Shown piece after piece: positions 17,780 through 28,563 of a stretch of 64,000 bases of DNA. A program made the translations under genes and the position numbers. The stretch's first letter is position 1, and every line of letters begins with the position of its first letter. Below the pieces are notes generated by a model. That model made no database searches. It was given only the letters and a program-made list of their open reading frames with translations, and was not told the origin of the DNA. The DNA is from an uncultured delta proteobacterium (GTDB taxonomy: Bacteria > Myxococcota > UBA727 > VGSZ01). The stretch covers positions 64,001-128,000 of the forward strand of contig CAVZJB010000011.1 in assembly GCA_963775425.1 (NCBI GenBank). The letters run 5' to 3'.

Positions 17780-19165
17780 GTGGAAGCGCTCGGCACGTTC
17801 CTCCTCGCATGGTTGCCTGCGGCGCTGCTCGTCGTCGCCGGCACGGCGCTCGGCTTCTGGCTGCGGCGTTGGCTGCGCGGCCGGTTGACGAGGTGGGCCA
17901 AGCGCACGCCGTGGCGCTTCGACGAGGTGCTGGTGTCGGCGATGCGCTGGCCGCTCCCGATGCTCGCGCTGCTCGTCGGCCTCGAAGCGGGCCTGCGGCT
18001 CGCGCCGTTGACGGCGGCGCACCGCGAGGTGGTCCACCGCGCGGCGGTGCCGCTGTTCGTCATCGTCGTCACGTGGATGGTCGCCGACGGCGCACAAGGG
18101 CTCATCAAGGCCTACGCAAAGCGCATCGAGGACGGTCCGCGCATCGCGCCGCTCGTGCAGCAGATCGTGCTCGTGGTCATCGCCGGCACCGGCTGCCTCT
18201 ATCTCCTGCCCGCGCTCGGCGTCTCCCCCACGCCCATCCTCGTCGTCGTCGGCGTCGCCGCGGGCGTCGGTGCGCTCGCGGTGCGCAACGTCCTGCCCGA
18301 CCTCTTCGCGGGGATCGGCCTCGCCACCGGCGTCGCCATCCGCCGCGGCGATCGCATCCGCGTCGGCGGCGTCGAGGGCGTGGTCACCCAGATCGGCTGG
18401 CGCACCACCACGCTGCGCTCCGAGCGCGGCGACATCACCATCATCCCCAACAACCGCATCATCGTCGCCACGGTGGTGAAGAGGATGACCGGGAGCAAGA
18501 TCGACGGCGAGCTCATCGCGCCGCGGGCGCTGGAGCTCAAGACGCGCTTCACGCTCCCCGAGCTCACCGGGCGCCGCGCGCATGACTTGCGCGAGCTCGC
18601 CGACGAGCTCGAGCGCGCGTCGCTCGCCTGCATCCACCAGCACAGCCTGGTCTTCGTGAGCGAGCACGACTACCTCGCGCCGTCGCCCGTCAGCGACTTC
18701 GCGCGCTTCGTCGGCGACGTCCTGCGCCAGCCGGTGCTGCGCGAGCGGCTCGACGCGCTCGACCCGTGCGCGCTCGGCTCGCTCGAGGAGTATCGCGGGC
18801 GACTCGTCGCGCTGTGCCGCGAATACCTCGAAGCCTACGGCGACGGCGCGCCGGCGCCCGAGGGAGAGGAGCTCTTCCTCAAGCAGTCGCGCGTGTTCGT
18901 GTTGTCCACCGGCCTCGTCGCGCACAACCTGCGAGAGCTCGCGGAGGCGCTGCGCACGGTCCCGCCGGAGACACTCATGCTGCACCTCTTCGAGGCGCGC
19001 CTCGGCATGGGGATGCCGGCGGACAATCTCTCCAAGTGGATCGAGGACAGCTACGGCGACAAGGAGCTCGCCGGCGCCATCGCCGCCCTGGATCCGTACA
19101 CGAGCACGGCCGAGGCACTGCGCAACGCCGCCATCGCGCTGCTCGAGGAGCGGATGCGCGTATGA
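17780..19165 (+). CDS. MscS mechanosensitive channel fused to a DUF5752-like domain
   Basis: TM helices and 'GDRIRVGGVEGVVTQIGWRTTTLR...IPNN', then 'TGRRAHDLREL...IHQH...SDFARFV...ERL..LDP' and 'HLFEARL...DNLSKWI'. Confidence 0.8.
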   Translation: MEALGTFLLAWLPAALLVVAGTALGFWLRRWLRGRLTRWAKRTPWRFDEVLVSAMRWPLPMLALLVGLEAGLRLAPLTAAHREVVHRAAVPLFVIVVTWMVADGAQGLIKAYAKRIEDGPRIAPLVQQIVLVVIAGTGCLYLLPALGVSPTPILVVVGVAAGVGALAVRNVLPDLFAGIGLATGVAIRRGDRIRVGGVEGVVTQIGWRTTTLRSERGDITIIPNNRIIVATVVKRMTGSKIDGELIAPRALELKTRFTLPELTGRRAHDLRELADELERASLACIHQHSLVFVSEHDYLAPSPVSDFARFVGDVLRQPVLRERLDALDPCALGSLEEYRGRLVALCREYLEAYGDGAPAPEGEELFLKQSRVFVLSTGLVAHNLRELAEALRTVPPETLMLHLFEARLGMGMPADNLSKWIEDSYGDKELAGAIAALDPYTSTAEALRNAAIALLEERMRV

Positions 19166-20427
19166 GCAGGAACCTCGACAAATACATCCCCATCGTCGGC
19201 GCCTCCGCCATCGCGGAGCTGCGCGCGCTCGCGGCTCACCTCGAGGGCGTGCGTGTGCAGCACGTGAACTCGACCCGCATCGGCGGTGGCGTCGCGGAGA
19301 TCCTCGCGCGCATGGTGCCGCTCCTCGAGGAGCTCGGCCTCGACGTTCGCTGGGACGTCATCGGCGGCAACCCGCGCTTCTTCGACGTCACCAAGAAGCT
19401 CCACAACGCGCTGCACGGGCGCGGCGACGACCTCGACGACGGCGACATCGAGGTGTACGAGGAGACGGCGCGGGAGGAAGCGAAGAAGCTCCAGCCGAAC
19501 GGAGACATCGTCTTCGTCCACGACCCGCAGCCCATGTGGCTCGCGCGCGACAAGAGCGAGCAGCGCCGCTTCCTTTGGCGTTGCCACGTCGACGTCTCGC
19601 ACCCGCGCCCGCGCGCGTGGCAACTGTTGGCGGACCTCGCGCCGCTGTACGACGCGGCCGTCTTCTCGGCGCCGCAGTTCGCGCGGGAGCTCAGCATCCC
19701 GCAGTTCCAGATCACGCCGTCGATCGATCCGCTGAGCCTCAAGAACAAGGAGCTGCCGGACGAGACCATCGCGCACATCCTCGACAAGCACGGGATCGTT
19801 CGCGACCGTCCGATCGTCACGCAGATCTCGCGCTTCGATCGCCTCAAGGATCCCGTGGGCGTGCTCACCGCATTTCGCATGGTGCGAAAGACCATGCGTT
19901 GCCAGCTCGTGCTCGCCGGCGGCGGTGCCAGCGACGACCCGGAGGGCGCCGCCGTGCTCGCCGAGGTCCGCGAGCGCGCGGGCGACGATCCCGATGTGCA
20001 CGTGCTGCTCCTGCCGCCCAACGCCGACGTCGAGATCAATGCGCTGCAACGCGCGTCCGACGTCGTCGTGCAAAAGTCGCTCGCCGAGGGCTTCGGCCTC
20101 ACCGTCAGCGAGGCCTTGTGGAAGGGGCGGCCCGTCGTCGCCTCCGCCGTGGGCGGAATTCCGCTGCAGGTGGAGCACGGCACGACAGGTCTGCTCGTCC
20201 ACACGGTCGAGGGGACCGCGCATGCCATTCGCGAGCTGCTGAACAACGCCGCGTTCGCACGCTGGCTCGGCGACAACGGACGCGAGCACGTGCGCCGGCG
20301 CTTCTTGCTGACGCGCCACATCGCCGACTATCTTCTGCTCTTCCTGAGCGCCGGCGAAACGCGCACCGTCGTCGACCTCGATCGTCCGCGGCCGCTCCCT
20401 GTCATCGCTGCGCCGCCGCGCGCGTGA
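19162..20427 (+). CDS. treT: Trehalose synthase TreT-like glycosyltransferase (GT4)
   Basis: Motifs HVNSTRIGGGVAEIL, VHDPQP, WRCHVD, QISRFDRLKDP and EGFGLTVSEALWK. Confidence 0.85.
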   Translation: MSRNLDKYIPIVGASAIAELRALAAHLEGVRVQHVNSTRIGGGVAEILARMVPLLEELGLDVRWDVIGGNPRFFDVTKKLHNALHGRGDDLDDGDIEVYEETAREEAKKLQPNGDIVFVHDPQPMWLARDKSEQRRFLWRCHVDVSHPRPRAWQLLADLAPLYDAAVFSAPQFARELSIPQFQITPSIDPLSLKNKELPDETIAHILDKHGIVRDRPIVTQISRFDRLKDPVGVLTAFRMVRKTMRCQLVLAGGGASDDPEGAAVLAEVRERAGDDPDVHVLLLPPNADVEINALQRASDVVVQKSLAEGFGLTVSEALWKGRPVVASAVGGIPLQVEHGTTGLLVHTVEGTAHAIRELLNNAAFARWLGDNGREHVRRRFLLTRHIADYLLLFLSAGETRTVVDLDRPRPLPVIAAPPRA

Positions 20428-20477
20428 CCCCGACGTGTTGCGTTCTTCGCCGCGTTGCTGAATGAACGTGGTCCGTC

Positions 20478-22676
20478 ATGAAGCGTCTGCTGATCGTGTC
20501 CAACCGACTCCCCGTCACCGTCACGACCACGGACGGCAAGGCGGAGGTCAAGCAGAGCGCGGGCGGGCTCGCCACCGGACTGCGCGGCCCGCACGAGGCC
20601 TCCGGCGGCCTCTGGATCGGTTGGCCGGGCGACATGGACAAGCTCGATGACGAGCAGCGCGCCGCCGTCGCCCGCGAGCTCGCGCGCCTCCGCGCGGTGC
20701 CGGTGCCCATCGATCAGGAGGAGATCGAGGGCTACTACACCGGCCTCGCCAACGGCGTGCTCTGGCCGTTGTTCCACTACCTCATCGACCGCATCCCGTA
20801 TCAGCAGCGCGAGTGGGAGACGTACCAGGCGATCAACCAACGCTTCGCCAACGCGGTCGCGGCGGAGTACCAACCCGGCGACCTCGTCTGGGTCCACGAC
20901 TACCAACTGATGCTCGTGCCCGCGATGATTCGCGCGCAGATCCCCGATGCGCGCATCGGGTTCTTCCTCCACATCCCGTTCCCGGCCTCGGAGGTGTTTC
21001 GCCTCCTGCCGTGGCGGGAGGAGATCCTGCGCGGCATCCTCGGCGCGGACGTCGTCGGCTTTCACACATTTTCGTACCTCCGCCAGTTCATCAACACGCT
21101 CATCCACTCGCTCGGCCTCATGCCCACCGCGGACAGCGTCAGCGTCGACGGGCGCGACGTGAAGCTCGGCGTCTATCCCATGGGCATCGACGCGCAGGCG
21201 TTCGACAAGCGCGGCAAGAGCGAGGCGGTGCAGGAGGAGGCGGCGCGGCTGCGTGTGGAGATCGGCGACGCCAAGCTCCTGCTCGGCGTCGATCGCCTCG
21301 ATTACACCAAAGGCATCCCGCGCCGGCTCCTCGCCATCGAGCGGCTCCTCGAGCGAGAGCCCGAGCTGCGCGGGAAGGTGCGCTTCGTTCAGGTGGCGGT
21401 GCCGTCGCGCGAGAACGTCCCGTCATACGAGACGTTCACCGCCGAGGTGCTCCAGCTCGTGGGGCGCATCAACGGCCGCTTCTCCACGCCCACGTCGGTG
21501 CCCATCCACTTCCTGCACCAGGGCTTCGCGCAGAAGGACCTCGCCGCGTTCTACGTCGCGGCGGACGCCATGCTGGTCACGCCGCTGCGCGACGGCATGA
21601 ACCTCGTGGCCAAGGAGTTCGTCGCCAGCCGCCACGACGGCGACGGCGTCCTCGTGCTGAGCGAGTTCGCGGGCGCGGCGTCGGAGATGGGCGAGGCGCT
21701 CCTCGTCAACCCGTACGACATCGAAGGCACGGCGAGCACCATCGCCCGGGGGCTCCAGATGAAGCCCAACGCGCGGCGGGTGCGCATGCGGGCGTTGCGC
21801 GAGCGCATCTTCGCGTACGACGTGCACCGCTGGGCCAACGAGTTCATCGAAGACCTCGAGCGGAGCGCGGCGGAGCAGACCACGGCCACCGCGCGGCCGC
21901 CGTCGGAGCTGCCGCAGATGGTGGCGCAGGCCTCGCGCGTGCTCCTGCTGCTCGATTGGGACGGGACGCTCTTGCCCTTCGCCCTGCGCCCCGAATTCGC
22001 GGAGCCCGACAGCGAGATCCTCGAGCTGCTCTCCGCGTTGGACGCGGACCCACGCATCTCCGTTCACGTCGTCAGCGGCGTGCAGCGCGACCAGCTCGAG
22101 GAGTGGCTCGGCGGGTTGCACATCGGGCTGCACGCGGAGCACGGGCTGTGGTCGCGGCACCGCGGCGGCCGCTGGCACCAGAACATGCACGTGGACGTCG
22201 AGTGGAAGGACGCCGTGCGGCCGCTGCTGCGCGACTTCTCCATGCGTACGCCGGGCTCCCTCGTCGAGGAGAAGACGGCGTCGTTGGCATTTCACTACCG
22301 CATGGCCGACGTCGAGTACGGCGAGTGGCAAGCGCGTGAGCTCAAGCTGCACCTCGCGCACGTCCTCAGCAACATGGCCGTCGAGATCATCTCGGGCAAC
22401 CGCGTCGTCGAGGTGCAACCCCACGGCTTGAACAAGGGCGTGGTGGTTCCCGGGCTCCTCGCGGAGGCGCCGGGCGCGCTCGTGGTCGCCGCCGGCGACG
22501 ACGACACCGACGAGGCGCTCTTTCGCGTTCTGCCGCCCGAGGCCATCTCCATCTGCGTCGGGCGGCGCCCATCCGCGGCGCGCTTCTCCATTCCTTCGGT
22601 CGCGTCACTGCGCAACTTGCTGCGCGCCATCGCTCAGGAAAACGTTCACTTCACCTCGACGCACGACACCCGATAG
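20478..22676 (+). CDS. otsAB: Bifunctional trehalose-6-phosphate synthase/phosphatase
   Basis: VSNRLP, WVHDYQL, FLHIPFP, VDRLDYTKG and DGMNLVAKE, plus the HAD domain motifs DWDGTL and GDDDTDE. Confidence 0.92.
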   Translation: MKRLLIVSNRLPVTVTTTDGKAEVKQSAGGLATGLRGPHEASGGLWIGWPGDMDKLDDEQRAAVARELARLRAVPVPIDQEEIEGYYTGLANGVLWPLFHYLIDRIPYQQREWETYQAINQRFANAVAAEYQPGDLVWVHDYQLMLVPAMIRAQIPDARIGFFLHIPFPASEVFRLLPWREEILRGILGADVVGFHTFSYLRQFINTLIHSLGLMPTADSVSVDGRDVKLGVYPMGIDAQAFDKRGKSEAVQEEAARLRVEIGDAKLLLGVDRLDYTKGIPRRLLAIERLLEREPELRGKVRFVQVAVPSRENVPSYETFTAEVLQLVGRINGRFSTPTSVPIHFLHQGFAQKDLAAFYVAADAMLVTPLRDGMNLVAKEFVASRHDGDGVLVLSEFAGAASEMGEALLVNPYDIEGTASTIARGLQMKPNARRVRMRALRERIFAYDVHRWANEFIEDLERSAAEQTTATARPPSELPQMVAQASRVLLLLDWDGTLLPFALRPEFAEPDSEILELLSALDADPRISVHVVSGVQRDQLEEWLGGLHIGLHAEHGLWSRHRGGRWHQNMHVDVEWKDAVRPLLRDFSMRTPGSLVEEKTASLAFHYRMADVEYGEWQARELKLHLAHVLSNMAVEIISGNRVVEVQPHGLNKGVVVPGLLAEAPGALVVAAGDDDTDEALFRVLPPEAISICVGRRPSAARFSIPSVASLRNLLRAIAQENVHFTSTHDTR

Positions 22677-22852
22677 CGCTCGGGCTCGTGCAGGAACGCG
22701 CGCTCGCACTGCGCGCTGCAGAAGAAGTAGGTCTCTCCCTCGTACGACGTCGACGCCGTGGCCTCGTCGCGCGCAAGCTCCTTGCCGCAGACCGGATCGA
22801 TCTCGACCTGCTCGTCGTTGCGGGGGATCGGCTCGGTTGTCTCGTTCATCAT
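22646..22852 (-). CDS. YHS domain protein
   Basis: DPVCG...YEGETYFFCSAQC..AF..EPERY. RBS AGGAGG. Confidence 0.85.
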   Translation of the reverse strand: MMNETTEPIPRNDEQVEIDPVCGKELARDEATASTSYEGETYFFCSAQCERAFLHEPERYRVSCVEVK

Positions 22853-22881
22853 CGCTTCCTCCTGTGTGTCGTCCGTCGGGG

Positions 22882-24591
22882 CTACCTGAGATAGGGCTCG
22901 ACGGCGTAGCGGAGCATCATGCGGTGGCTGTTGAAGTACGCGCCGTTCTTGCCGATGGCGCCCTTCATCAGCGCGGTCCAGGCGGCGCCGCCGGCCTTCC
23001 ACGCGGGGACCACCGCGCGCTCGAGCTTTTCGTAGAGCGAGCCGGCGTCGCTGCCGTTGCCGCTCTCGGCGACGCCGCCGACGGCCCAGCCCGTGAGGCC
23101 CTCGATGCAGCCTTCAATCCACCAGCCGTCGAGGACGCTCAGGCTCGGGACGCCGTTGAGCGCCGCCTTCATGCCGCTCGTGCCGGACGCTTCGTAGGGG
23201 CGCTGCGGCGTGTTCAGCCAGACGTCGACGCCGCTCACCAACGCGCGGGCGAGGTCCATGTCGTAGTTGGGGAGAAAGACCACCGGCACCACGTCGCGCA
23301 GCGCGCGCGCGATCTCGTGCAGCCGCGCGATGAGGTCCTTGCCTGCGTGGTCGCGGGGGTGTGCCTTTCCCGCCATGAGGATTTGCAGCGGCTGGTCGCG
23401 CGCGATGCGCGTGAGGCGGTCGATGTCGGAGAAGAGCAGGTCGGGCCGCTTGTACGCGGTCATGCGGCGCGCGAAGCCGAGCGTCATCGCGGACGGGCTG
23501 AGGCGAACGCCGCTGCGCTGGGCGACGACGTCGAGGAGCTGGGCCTTGGCGACGCCGTGCGCCTCGAGCAGCAGCTCGTCCCGGATCTGGTCGACGCGCA
23601 CGAGCTTCGCCGGATCGTGGCACCACCCGGGGATCGCGTTGTCGAGGAGCCGGGCGAGAGCCGAGTGTGTCCACGTGTGCGGGTGGACGCCGTTGGTGAT
23701 GGCCGCGAAGCGATAGCCCGGGAACATCCGCCGCGACACCTCCGCGTGCTTCTCGGCGACGCCGTTGACGTATTCGCTCGCGTTGAGGGCGAGCCGCGTC
23801 ATGTTGAGCTTGTCGTCGCCGCCGAGCCTCTTCAGCTCGTCGATGTCGAGCTCGCTGCCGAGGGCGTTTTCGACGAGCTCGTAGCGGAAGACGTCGTGGC
23901 CGGCGTCGACCGGCGTGTGCGTGGTGAAGATGCAGAGGTTGCGCACGCGCGGCAGATCCCAGCGCGGCTCTCCTGGCTTGACGTCCTCCGGCGCGTACGC
24001 CGCGCGGCGGATGAGCTCCACGGCGAGCAGGGCCGAGTGCCCCTCGTTCATGTGGAACTTGCGGATGGTGAACCCGAGCGCCTGCAGCATGCGGACGCCG
24101 CCGACGCCGAGGACAATCTCCTGCTTGAGGCGATAGACCTCGTCGCCGCCGTAGAGCGAGCGCGTGATGCCGCGGTCGTCGGAGGCGTTTTCGGGTTGAT
24201 CCGTGTCGAGCAGGACGACGGGGATGACGCCGCCGCGCTCGGCGCGCACGAGGTAGAGCCACGCACCAATCCACACGTCGTGACCGGCGATGGTCACGGA
24301 GACCTTGGCCGGCAGCTCCTCGGCTGAGCGCGCGGGCTCCCAGGGGTCCGGCGCCTCCCCTTGTCGCCCCGCGTCGTCGATGGTCTGGCGCAGGTAGCCC
24401 CCACGGCTGACCAACGTCACCGCGACGAGCGGGAGCTCGAGGTCGGCGGCGGTGCGGAGGGTGTCGCCGGCCAGCACCCCGAGGCCGCCCGCATAGGTCG
24501 GGATGTCGCTTTGGAGCGCGATCTCCATACTGAAGTAGGCGATGCGCGACTCGCGCGTCAGCTCATCGAGGGTGGGCTTTGTGATGGGCAC
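22882..24591 (-). CDS. glgP: Alpha-glucan (glycogen) phosphorylase
   Basis: Motifs [40 protein letters not shown] and [14 protein letters not shown]. The start is estimated at GTG 24591. Confidence 0.9.
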   Translation of the reverse strand: MPITKPTLDELTRESRIAYFSMEIALQSDIPTYAGGLGVLAGDTLRTAADLELPLVAVTLVSRGGYLRQTIDDAGRQGEAPDPWEPARSAEELPAKVSVTIAGHDVWIGAWLYLVRAERGGVIPVVLLDTDQPENASDDRGITRSLYGGDEVYRLKQEIVLGVGGVRMLQALGFTIRKFHMNEGHSALLAVELIRRAAYAPEDVKPGEPRWDLPRVRNLCIFTTHTPVDAGHDVFRYELVENALGSELDIDELKRLGGDDKLNMTRLALNASEYVNGVAEKHAEVSRRMFPGYRFAAITNGVHPHTWTHSALARLLDNAIPGWCHDPAKLVRVDQIRDELLLEAHGVAKAQLLDVVAQRSGVRLSPSAMTLGFARRMTAYKRPDLLFSDIDRLTRIARDQPLQILMAGKAHPRDHAGKDLIARLHEIARALRDVVPVVFLPNYDMDLARALVSGVDVWLNTPQRPYEASGTSGMKAALNGVPSLSVLDGWWIEGCIEGLTGWAVGGVAESGNGSDAGSLYEKLERAVVPAWKAGGAAWTALMKGAIGKNGAYFNSHRMMLRYAVEPYLR

Positions 24592-24803
24592 GAGCCCGCG
24601 GATCCCACTTCCGTGCCAGGGCCCCGCCGGCAGCGCGCCGAGGCCGAGCCCGCGGCAAAGCTCGTCGCCGGCGGGGACAACAAGGCGCTCGCCGCAGCTC
24701 GCGCCCCGACGCGCGGACCCGCGCGTGCCGCGGCACACACGGCGTGCGCCGGATGGCCCTGCGCGGCGCGCGGCATGCGCGCCTCTCCGCGGCCGGGCGA
24801 GGG

Positions 24804-24819
24804 TGGCAGGGGCGGTGCA
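24804..24819 (+). promoter_or_regulatory. Candidate sigma54 -24/-12 element upstream of ftsH
   Basis: TGGCAGGGGCGGTGCA (GG-N10-GC) just before the ATG at 24833. Confidence 0.35.
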
Positions 24820-24832
24820 ACGGCCGCGGGGG

Positions 24833-26752
24833 ATGAAGCCGGACCCGACCGTTCCCAACCGGCGTTGGTGGTTCACCGCCGCCATCGTGCTCGCCGCCGT
24901 GATCGCGCTGTGGGCCGTGAACACGTACGTGGTGAGCCCGCTCGTCGAGCCCCAGAGCGTCTCGTACAGCGAGCTCATCGAGCGCGTCCATCAAGGGGAC
25001 GTCACGCACGCGCGCATCGAGCAAAACCGCGTGGTGGCCGAGCTCAAGCCGGCGTCGCAGGGAGCGAAGCAGGGAGCGAAGCCGAAGTCCATCGTGGCCA
25101 CCCGGCTGCCGGGCATCGACGAGGACTTCCTCTACAAGGACCTGGCGAGCCACGGCGTCCAGATCTCAGGCGAGATCTCGACGTCGCCGTGGTGGCAGGG
25201 CTTGCTGATCGGCTGGATGTTGCCGCTCGGGCTGCTCTTGCTGCTGTGGAGCTGGGGCTTCAAGCGCCTCGGGCAGCGCGGGCCGATCAGCTTCGGCAGG
25301 AGCGGGGCGAAGATCTACGACCGCACCGCCGGCCGCCCCACGACGTTCGCCGACGTCGCCGGCGCCGAGGAGGCGAAGTCCGAGCTGTTCGAGGTGGTGG
25401 ACCTCCTGAAGAGCCCCGCCCGCTATCGCGCCATCGGCGCGCGCATGCCCAAGGGCGTCTTGCTGGTCGGCGAGCCGGGGACGGGCAAGACCCTGCTCGC
25501 CCGCGCCATCGCCGGCGAAGCAGGCGTTCCGTTCTTCTCCATCTCGGGCTCGGAGTTCGTGGAGCTGTTCGTGGGCCTCGGCGCCGCGCGCATCCGCAAC
25601 CTCTTCGAGCAGGCCAAGGAGCGCGCGCCCTGCATCGTGTTCATCGACGAGATCGACGCCATCGGCAAGTCGCGCGCCGGCGCCGCCACCATGGCGTCGC
25701 ACGACGAGCGTGAGCAGACGCTCAATCAGCTCCTCGTCGAGATGGACGGCTTCGAGGAGAACGCCGGCGTCATCTTGATGGCGGCCACCAACCGCCCGGA
25801 GCTCCTCGATCCCGCGCTCGTGCGCGCGGGTCGCTTCGACCGCCAGGTGATCATCGAGCGCCCCGACGTCGCCGGCCGCCGCGCCATCCTCGAGCTGCAC
25901 GCGCGCCGCCTCCATCTCGGCGAGGGCGTGGACATGGCGCTCCTCGCGCGGCGCACGCCGGGCATGGTGGGGGCGGACCTCGCAAACGTCGTCAACGAAG
26001 GCGCGCTGTCGGCGGCGCGGCGCAACGCCACGGTCGTGGAACAGCGGGACTTCGAAGAAGGGCTCGACCGCGTGATGCTCGGCCTCGCCAAGGTGGGAGC
26101 GGCGCTGAGCGACGAGGAGAAGCGGCGCGTGGCCGTGCACGAAGCGGGGCACGCCGTCGTCGCGCGCTCGCTCGTGAACGCCGACCCCGTCCACCGCGTC
26201 TCCATCGTCCCGCGCACCATCGGCGCGTTGGGAATGACGCTTCAGTTGCCCGAGCAGGAGCGCAAGCTCGTGACCCAGGACGAGCTCGAGGACAGGCTCA
26301 CGGTCCTCCTCGCCGGCCGCGCGTCCGAGGAGGCCATCCTCGGGGTGACGTCGACCGGCTCCGCCGACGACATCGAGAAGGCCACCGCCATCGCGCGCGA
26401 CATGGTCATGCGCTACGGCATGGAGGCCGCCGTCGGACCCGTGTCGTACGCGCCTCCGCCGCTGCGGTTCCTGGCGGGCATCGAGATGCCGGAGCGCCAT
26501 TCGAGCGAAGCGTTCGCCGCGCGCATCGACGAGGCCGTGCGCGCCGCGCTCGAAGGGGCGCAGCAGCGCGCCGAGCAGATCGTGTCGTCGCGCCGCCCGC
26601 TCCTCGACGCGCTGATCACGAAGCTCCTCGAGAAGGAGACGTTGTACCGCGACGATCTCGCGGCCCTGTGGAGCGCGTTTCCGTCGCCCGCCCCCGGCGC
26701 GGCGCCCGCGCCTCGCAACGGGCACGACAGGGAGGCGCGCGATGTTCCGTGA
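24833..26752 (+). CDS. ftsH: ATP-dependent zinc metalloprotease FtsH
   Basis: Two TMs, Walker A GEPGTGKT, Walker B FIDEID, the SRH region and HEAGH. Confidence 0.95.
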   Translation: MKPDPTVPNRRWWFTAAIVLAAVIALWAVNTYVVSPLVEPQSVSYSELIERVHQGDVTHARIEQNRVVAELKPASQGAKQGAKPKSIVATRLPGIDEDFLYKDLASHGVQISGEISTSPWWQGLLIGWMLPLGLLLLLWSWGFKRLGQRGPISFGRSGAKIYDRTAGRPTTFADVAGAEEAKSELFEVVDLLKSPARYRAIGARMPKGVLLVGEPGTGKTLLARAIAGEAGVPFFSISGSEFVELFVGLGAARIRNLFEQAKERAPCIVFIDEIDAIGKSRAGAATMASHDEREQTLNQLLVEMDGFEENAGVILMAATNRPELLDPALVRAGRFDRQVIIERPDVAGRRAILELHARRLHLGEGVDMALLARRTPGMVGADLANVVNEGALSAARRNATVVEQRDFEEGLDRVMLGLAKVGAALSDEEKRRVAVHEAGHAVVARSLVNADPVHRVSIVPRTIGALGMTLQLPEQERKLVTQDELEDRLTVLLAGRASEEAILGVTSTGSADDIEKATAIARDMVMRYGMEAAVGPVSYAPPPLRFLAGIEMPERHSSEAFAARIDEAVRAALEGAQQRAEQIVSSRRPLLDALITKLLEKETLYRDDLAALWSAFPSPAPGAAPAPRNGHDREARDVP

Positions 26753-27395
26753 CCGACACGACGCCGGGCGCCAGCTCGCGTTTCGTCTGCAAGCGCACCG
26801 CGGGGAAGACGCGGTCGTCCTCGGTCTCCCGCGCGGCGGCGTGCCCGTCGCCGCCGACGTCGCGCGCGCCCTGGGGCTCCCGCTCGACATCCTGGTGGTG
26901 CGGAAGCTCGGCGCGCCGGTGCAGCAGGAGCTCGGGATGGGCGCCGTCGCCGAGGGCGGCGTGCACTACATCGACCCGCACATCGTCCGCGAGGTGGGCG
27001 CGACCCAGGGCGAGCTGGAGGCGGTCATCCGACGCGAGCTCGCGGAAGTGGAGCGCCGCGTGAAGCGGTGGCGCGGCGAGCGCCCGCCGCTGCCGCTCGC
27101 GGGGAAGACCTGCATCGTCGTTGACGACGGCATCGCCACCGGGGGCACGGTGCGCGCGGCGCTGCTCGCGTTGCGGCAGAAGGCGCCGGCCCGGATCGTC
27201 CTCGCCGTTCCGGTGGCGCCGGTGGACACGCTGGAGGCGCTGCGCGGCGTCGCGGACGAGATCGTGTGCGTGGAGCCGGTCTACGACCTGTGGGCCATCG
27301 GCGCCTGGTACGAAGACTTCGCCCAGGTGCCCGACGACGAGGTCACCGCGATCCTCGACGCTGCCCACGCGGAAGACGCGCGTCCCGCACCGTAG
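26742..27395 (+). CDS. Phosphoribosyltransferase-like protein (Rv0571c/Rv2030c-type)
   Basis: [38 protein letters not shown] and YEDFAQV. Confidence 0.9.
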   Translation: MFRDRHDAGRQLAFRLQAHRGEDAVVLGLPRGGVPVAADVARALGLPLDILVVRKLGAPVQQELGMGAVAEGGVHYIDPHIVREVGATQGELEAVIRRELAEVERRVKRWRGERPPLPLAGKTCIVVDDGIATGGTVRAALLALRQKAPARIVLAVPVAPVDTLEALRGVADEIVCVEPVYDLWAIGAWYEDFAQVPDDEVTAILDAAHAEDARPAP

Positions 27396-27448
27396 GAGCC
27401 AGGCCGCGGCACGCGACGTGAAGGTCACCGAGGCGGGACGGAGGCGAG

Positions 27449-28030
27449 ATGGAGCAGACGAGCGCGGATATCGGCGAGGCGCCACGCCTCGAGCAATGCA
27501 ACACGGTCGTGACCGTGCGAGAGGGCCGCACCACCGACGCCAAAGCGCTCTTCGCCCGGATGGGCGCTCCGCTGCTGCCGTCGGGGTTTCCGCGCGTCTT
27601 TCTCACGCAAGTGCCCGACCGCGCGTCGCTGGCCTACGAGCTCGAACGGCAGATGGCGCTGCAGCCGCCCCGCGGCGGGTCGATTCTGCACGCCGTGCCC
27701 GCCGAGGTCGCGTTCCTCCACGCCTCGGCCGGCGCCCTCGAGGACAAGCTCTACCCGATCTTCAACGCGTGGGCGGCGTCGGCCGCGGACAAGAGCTTCC
27801 ACGTGCGCCTGCACCGCCGCGGCGTACACGAGCGCAGGAGCGTGCAGGACGAGGAGGCGCGCCTCGCGAGCTACGTGTTCGACGGGCTCGACGCGCGCAG
27901 GCAGTCGGCGCAGGTGGACTTCGAAGACCCGGACGTCGTCTTCTACGTCGACGTCGTCGGCCGCTGGGCGGGCGCCTCACGCCTCACGCGCGAAGCCATG
28001 CAGCGCTACCCGTTCCTGCGCGTGCCGTGA
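27449..28030 (+). CDS. Stand-alone THUMP-domain protein
   Basis: SFHVRLHRRG...QVDFEDPDVVFYVDVVG. Confidence 0.7.
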   Translation: MEQTSADIGEAPRLEQCNTVVTVREGRTTDAKALFARMGAPLLPSGFPRVFLTQVPDRASLAYELERQMALQPPRGGSILHAVPAEVAFLHASAGALEDKLYPIFNAWAASAADKSFHVRLHRRGVHERRSVQDEEARLASYVFDGLDARRQSAQVDFEDPDVVFYVDVVGRWAGASRLTREAMQRYPFLRVP

Positions 28031-28043
28031 TCGTCGAGGGCGC

Positions 28044-28472
28044 TCACACATTCAACACGACGGTCGCCTCGAACCCGCCGTCCTCGGCGGTGATGGCCAG
28101 GTCGTGGTAGGCGGCGGGCTTCAGGGGGGGCTTCCATCCCCGCGGGCGTCGCGCGCGGAGGGTCGCCCGCAGCTTCCGTTCGTCCAGCGTCAGCGCGCAG
28201 GAGACGACGACCACGCCGCGCTGTTCGGCGTAGAACAGCAGCTCGTTGAGCCACGCCACGAGGAGGGCGTCCCCGTCGGCGGCGCTCAGCTCGACGGTGT
28301 CGACGAGGGCGTCGCCCGGCTCGAAGCCCGCCTCTCCCGTGAGCACATCTGCTACCGCGCGAGCCGCCTCGGCGAAAAGGCGCTCCCGGGTGGGCGCAAA
28401 GATGCGGAGACGAAGCTCGCCGGTGTGCTCCAGCTCCTGATCTCCGCGGCGGGGGGCGCCCGATTCGCTCAT
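28044..28472 (-). CDS. Archease family protein
   Basis: EHTGELRL, LLVAWLNELLF, K..AYHDL and terminal ATVVLNV. Confidence 0.85.
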   Translation of the reverse strand: MSESGAPRRGDQELEHTGELRLRIFAPTRERLFAEAARAVADVLTGEAGFEPGDALVDTVELSAADGDALLVAWLNELLFYAEQRGVVVVSCALTLDERKLRATLRARRPRGWKPPLKPAAYHDLAITAEDGGFEATVVLNV

Positions 28473-28525
28473 CCATGTCGGTGGTTGCAAGGGCCGAGCC
28501 CCGCAGGCCGGCGCAGGACGCACGG

Positions 28526-28541
28526 TGGCACGAGGATTGAT
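28526..28541 (+). promoter_or_regulatory. Candidate sigma54 promoter for the HPF-CSD gene
   Basis: TGGCACG-AGGA-TTGAT: a perfect -24 box and a variant -12 box. Confidence 0.45.
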
Positions 28542-28563
28542 GACGGTGGCTCAGGAGAACGAG

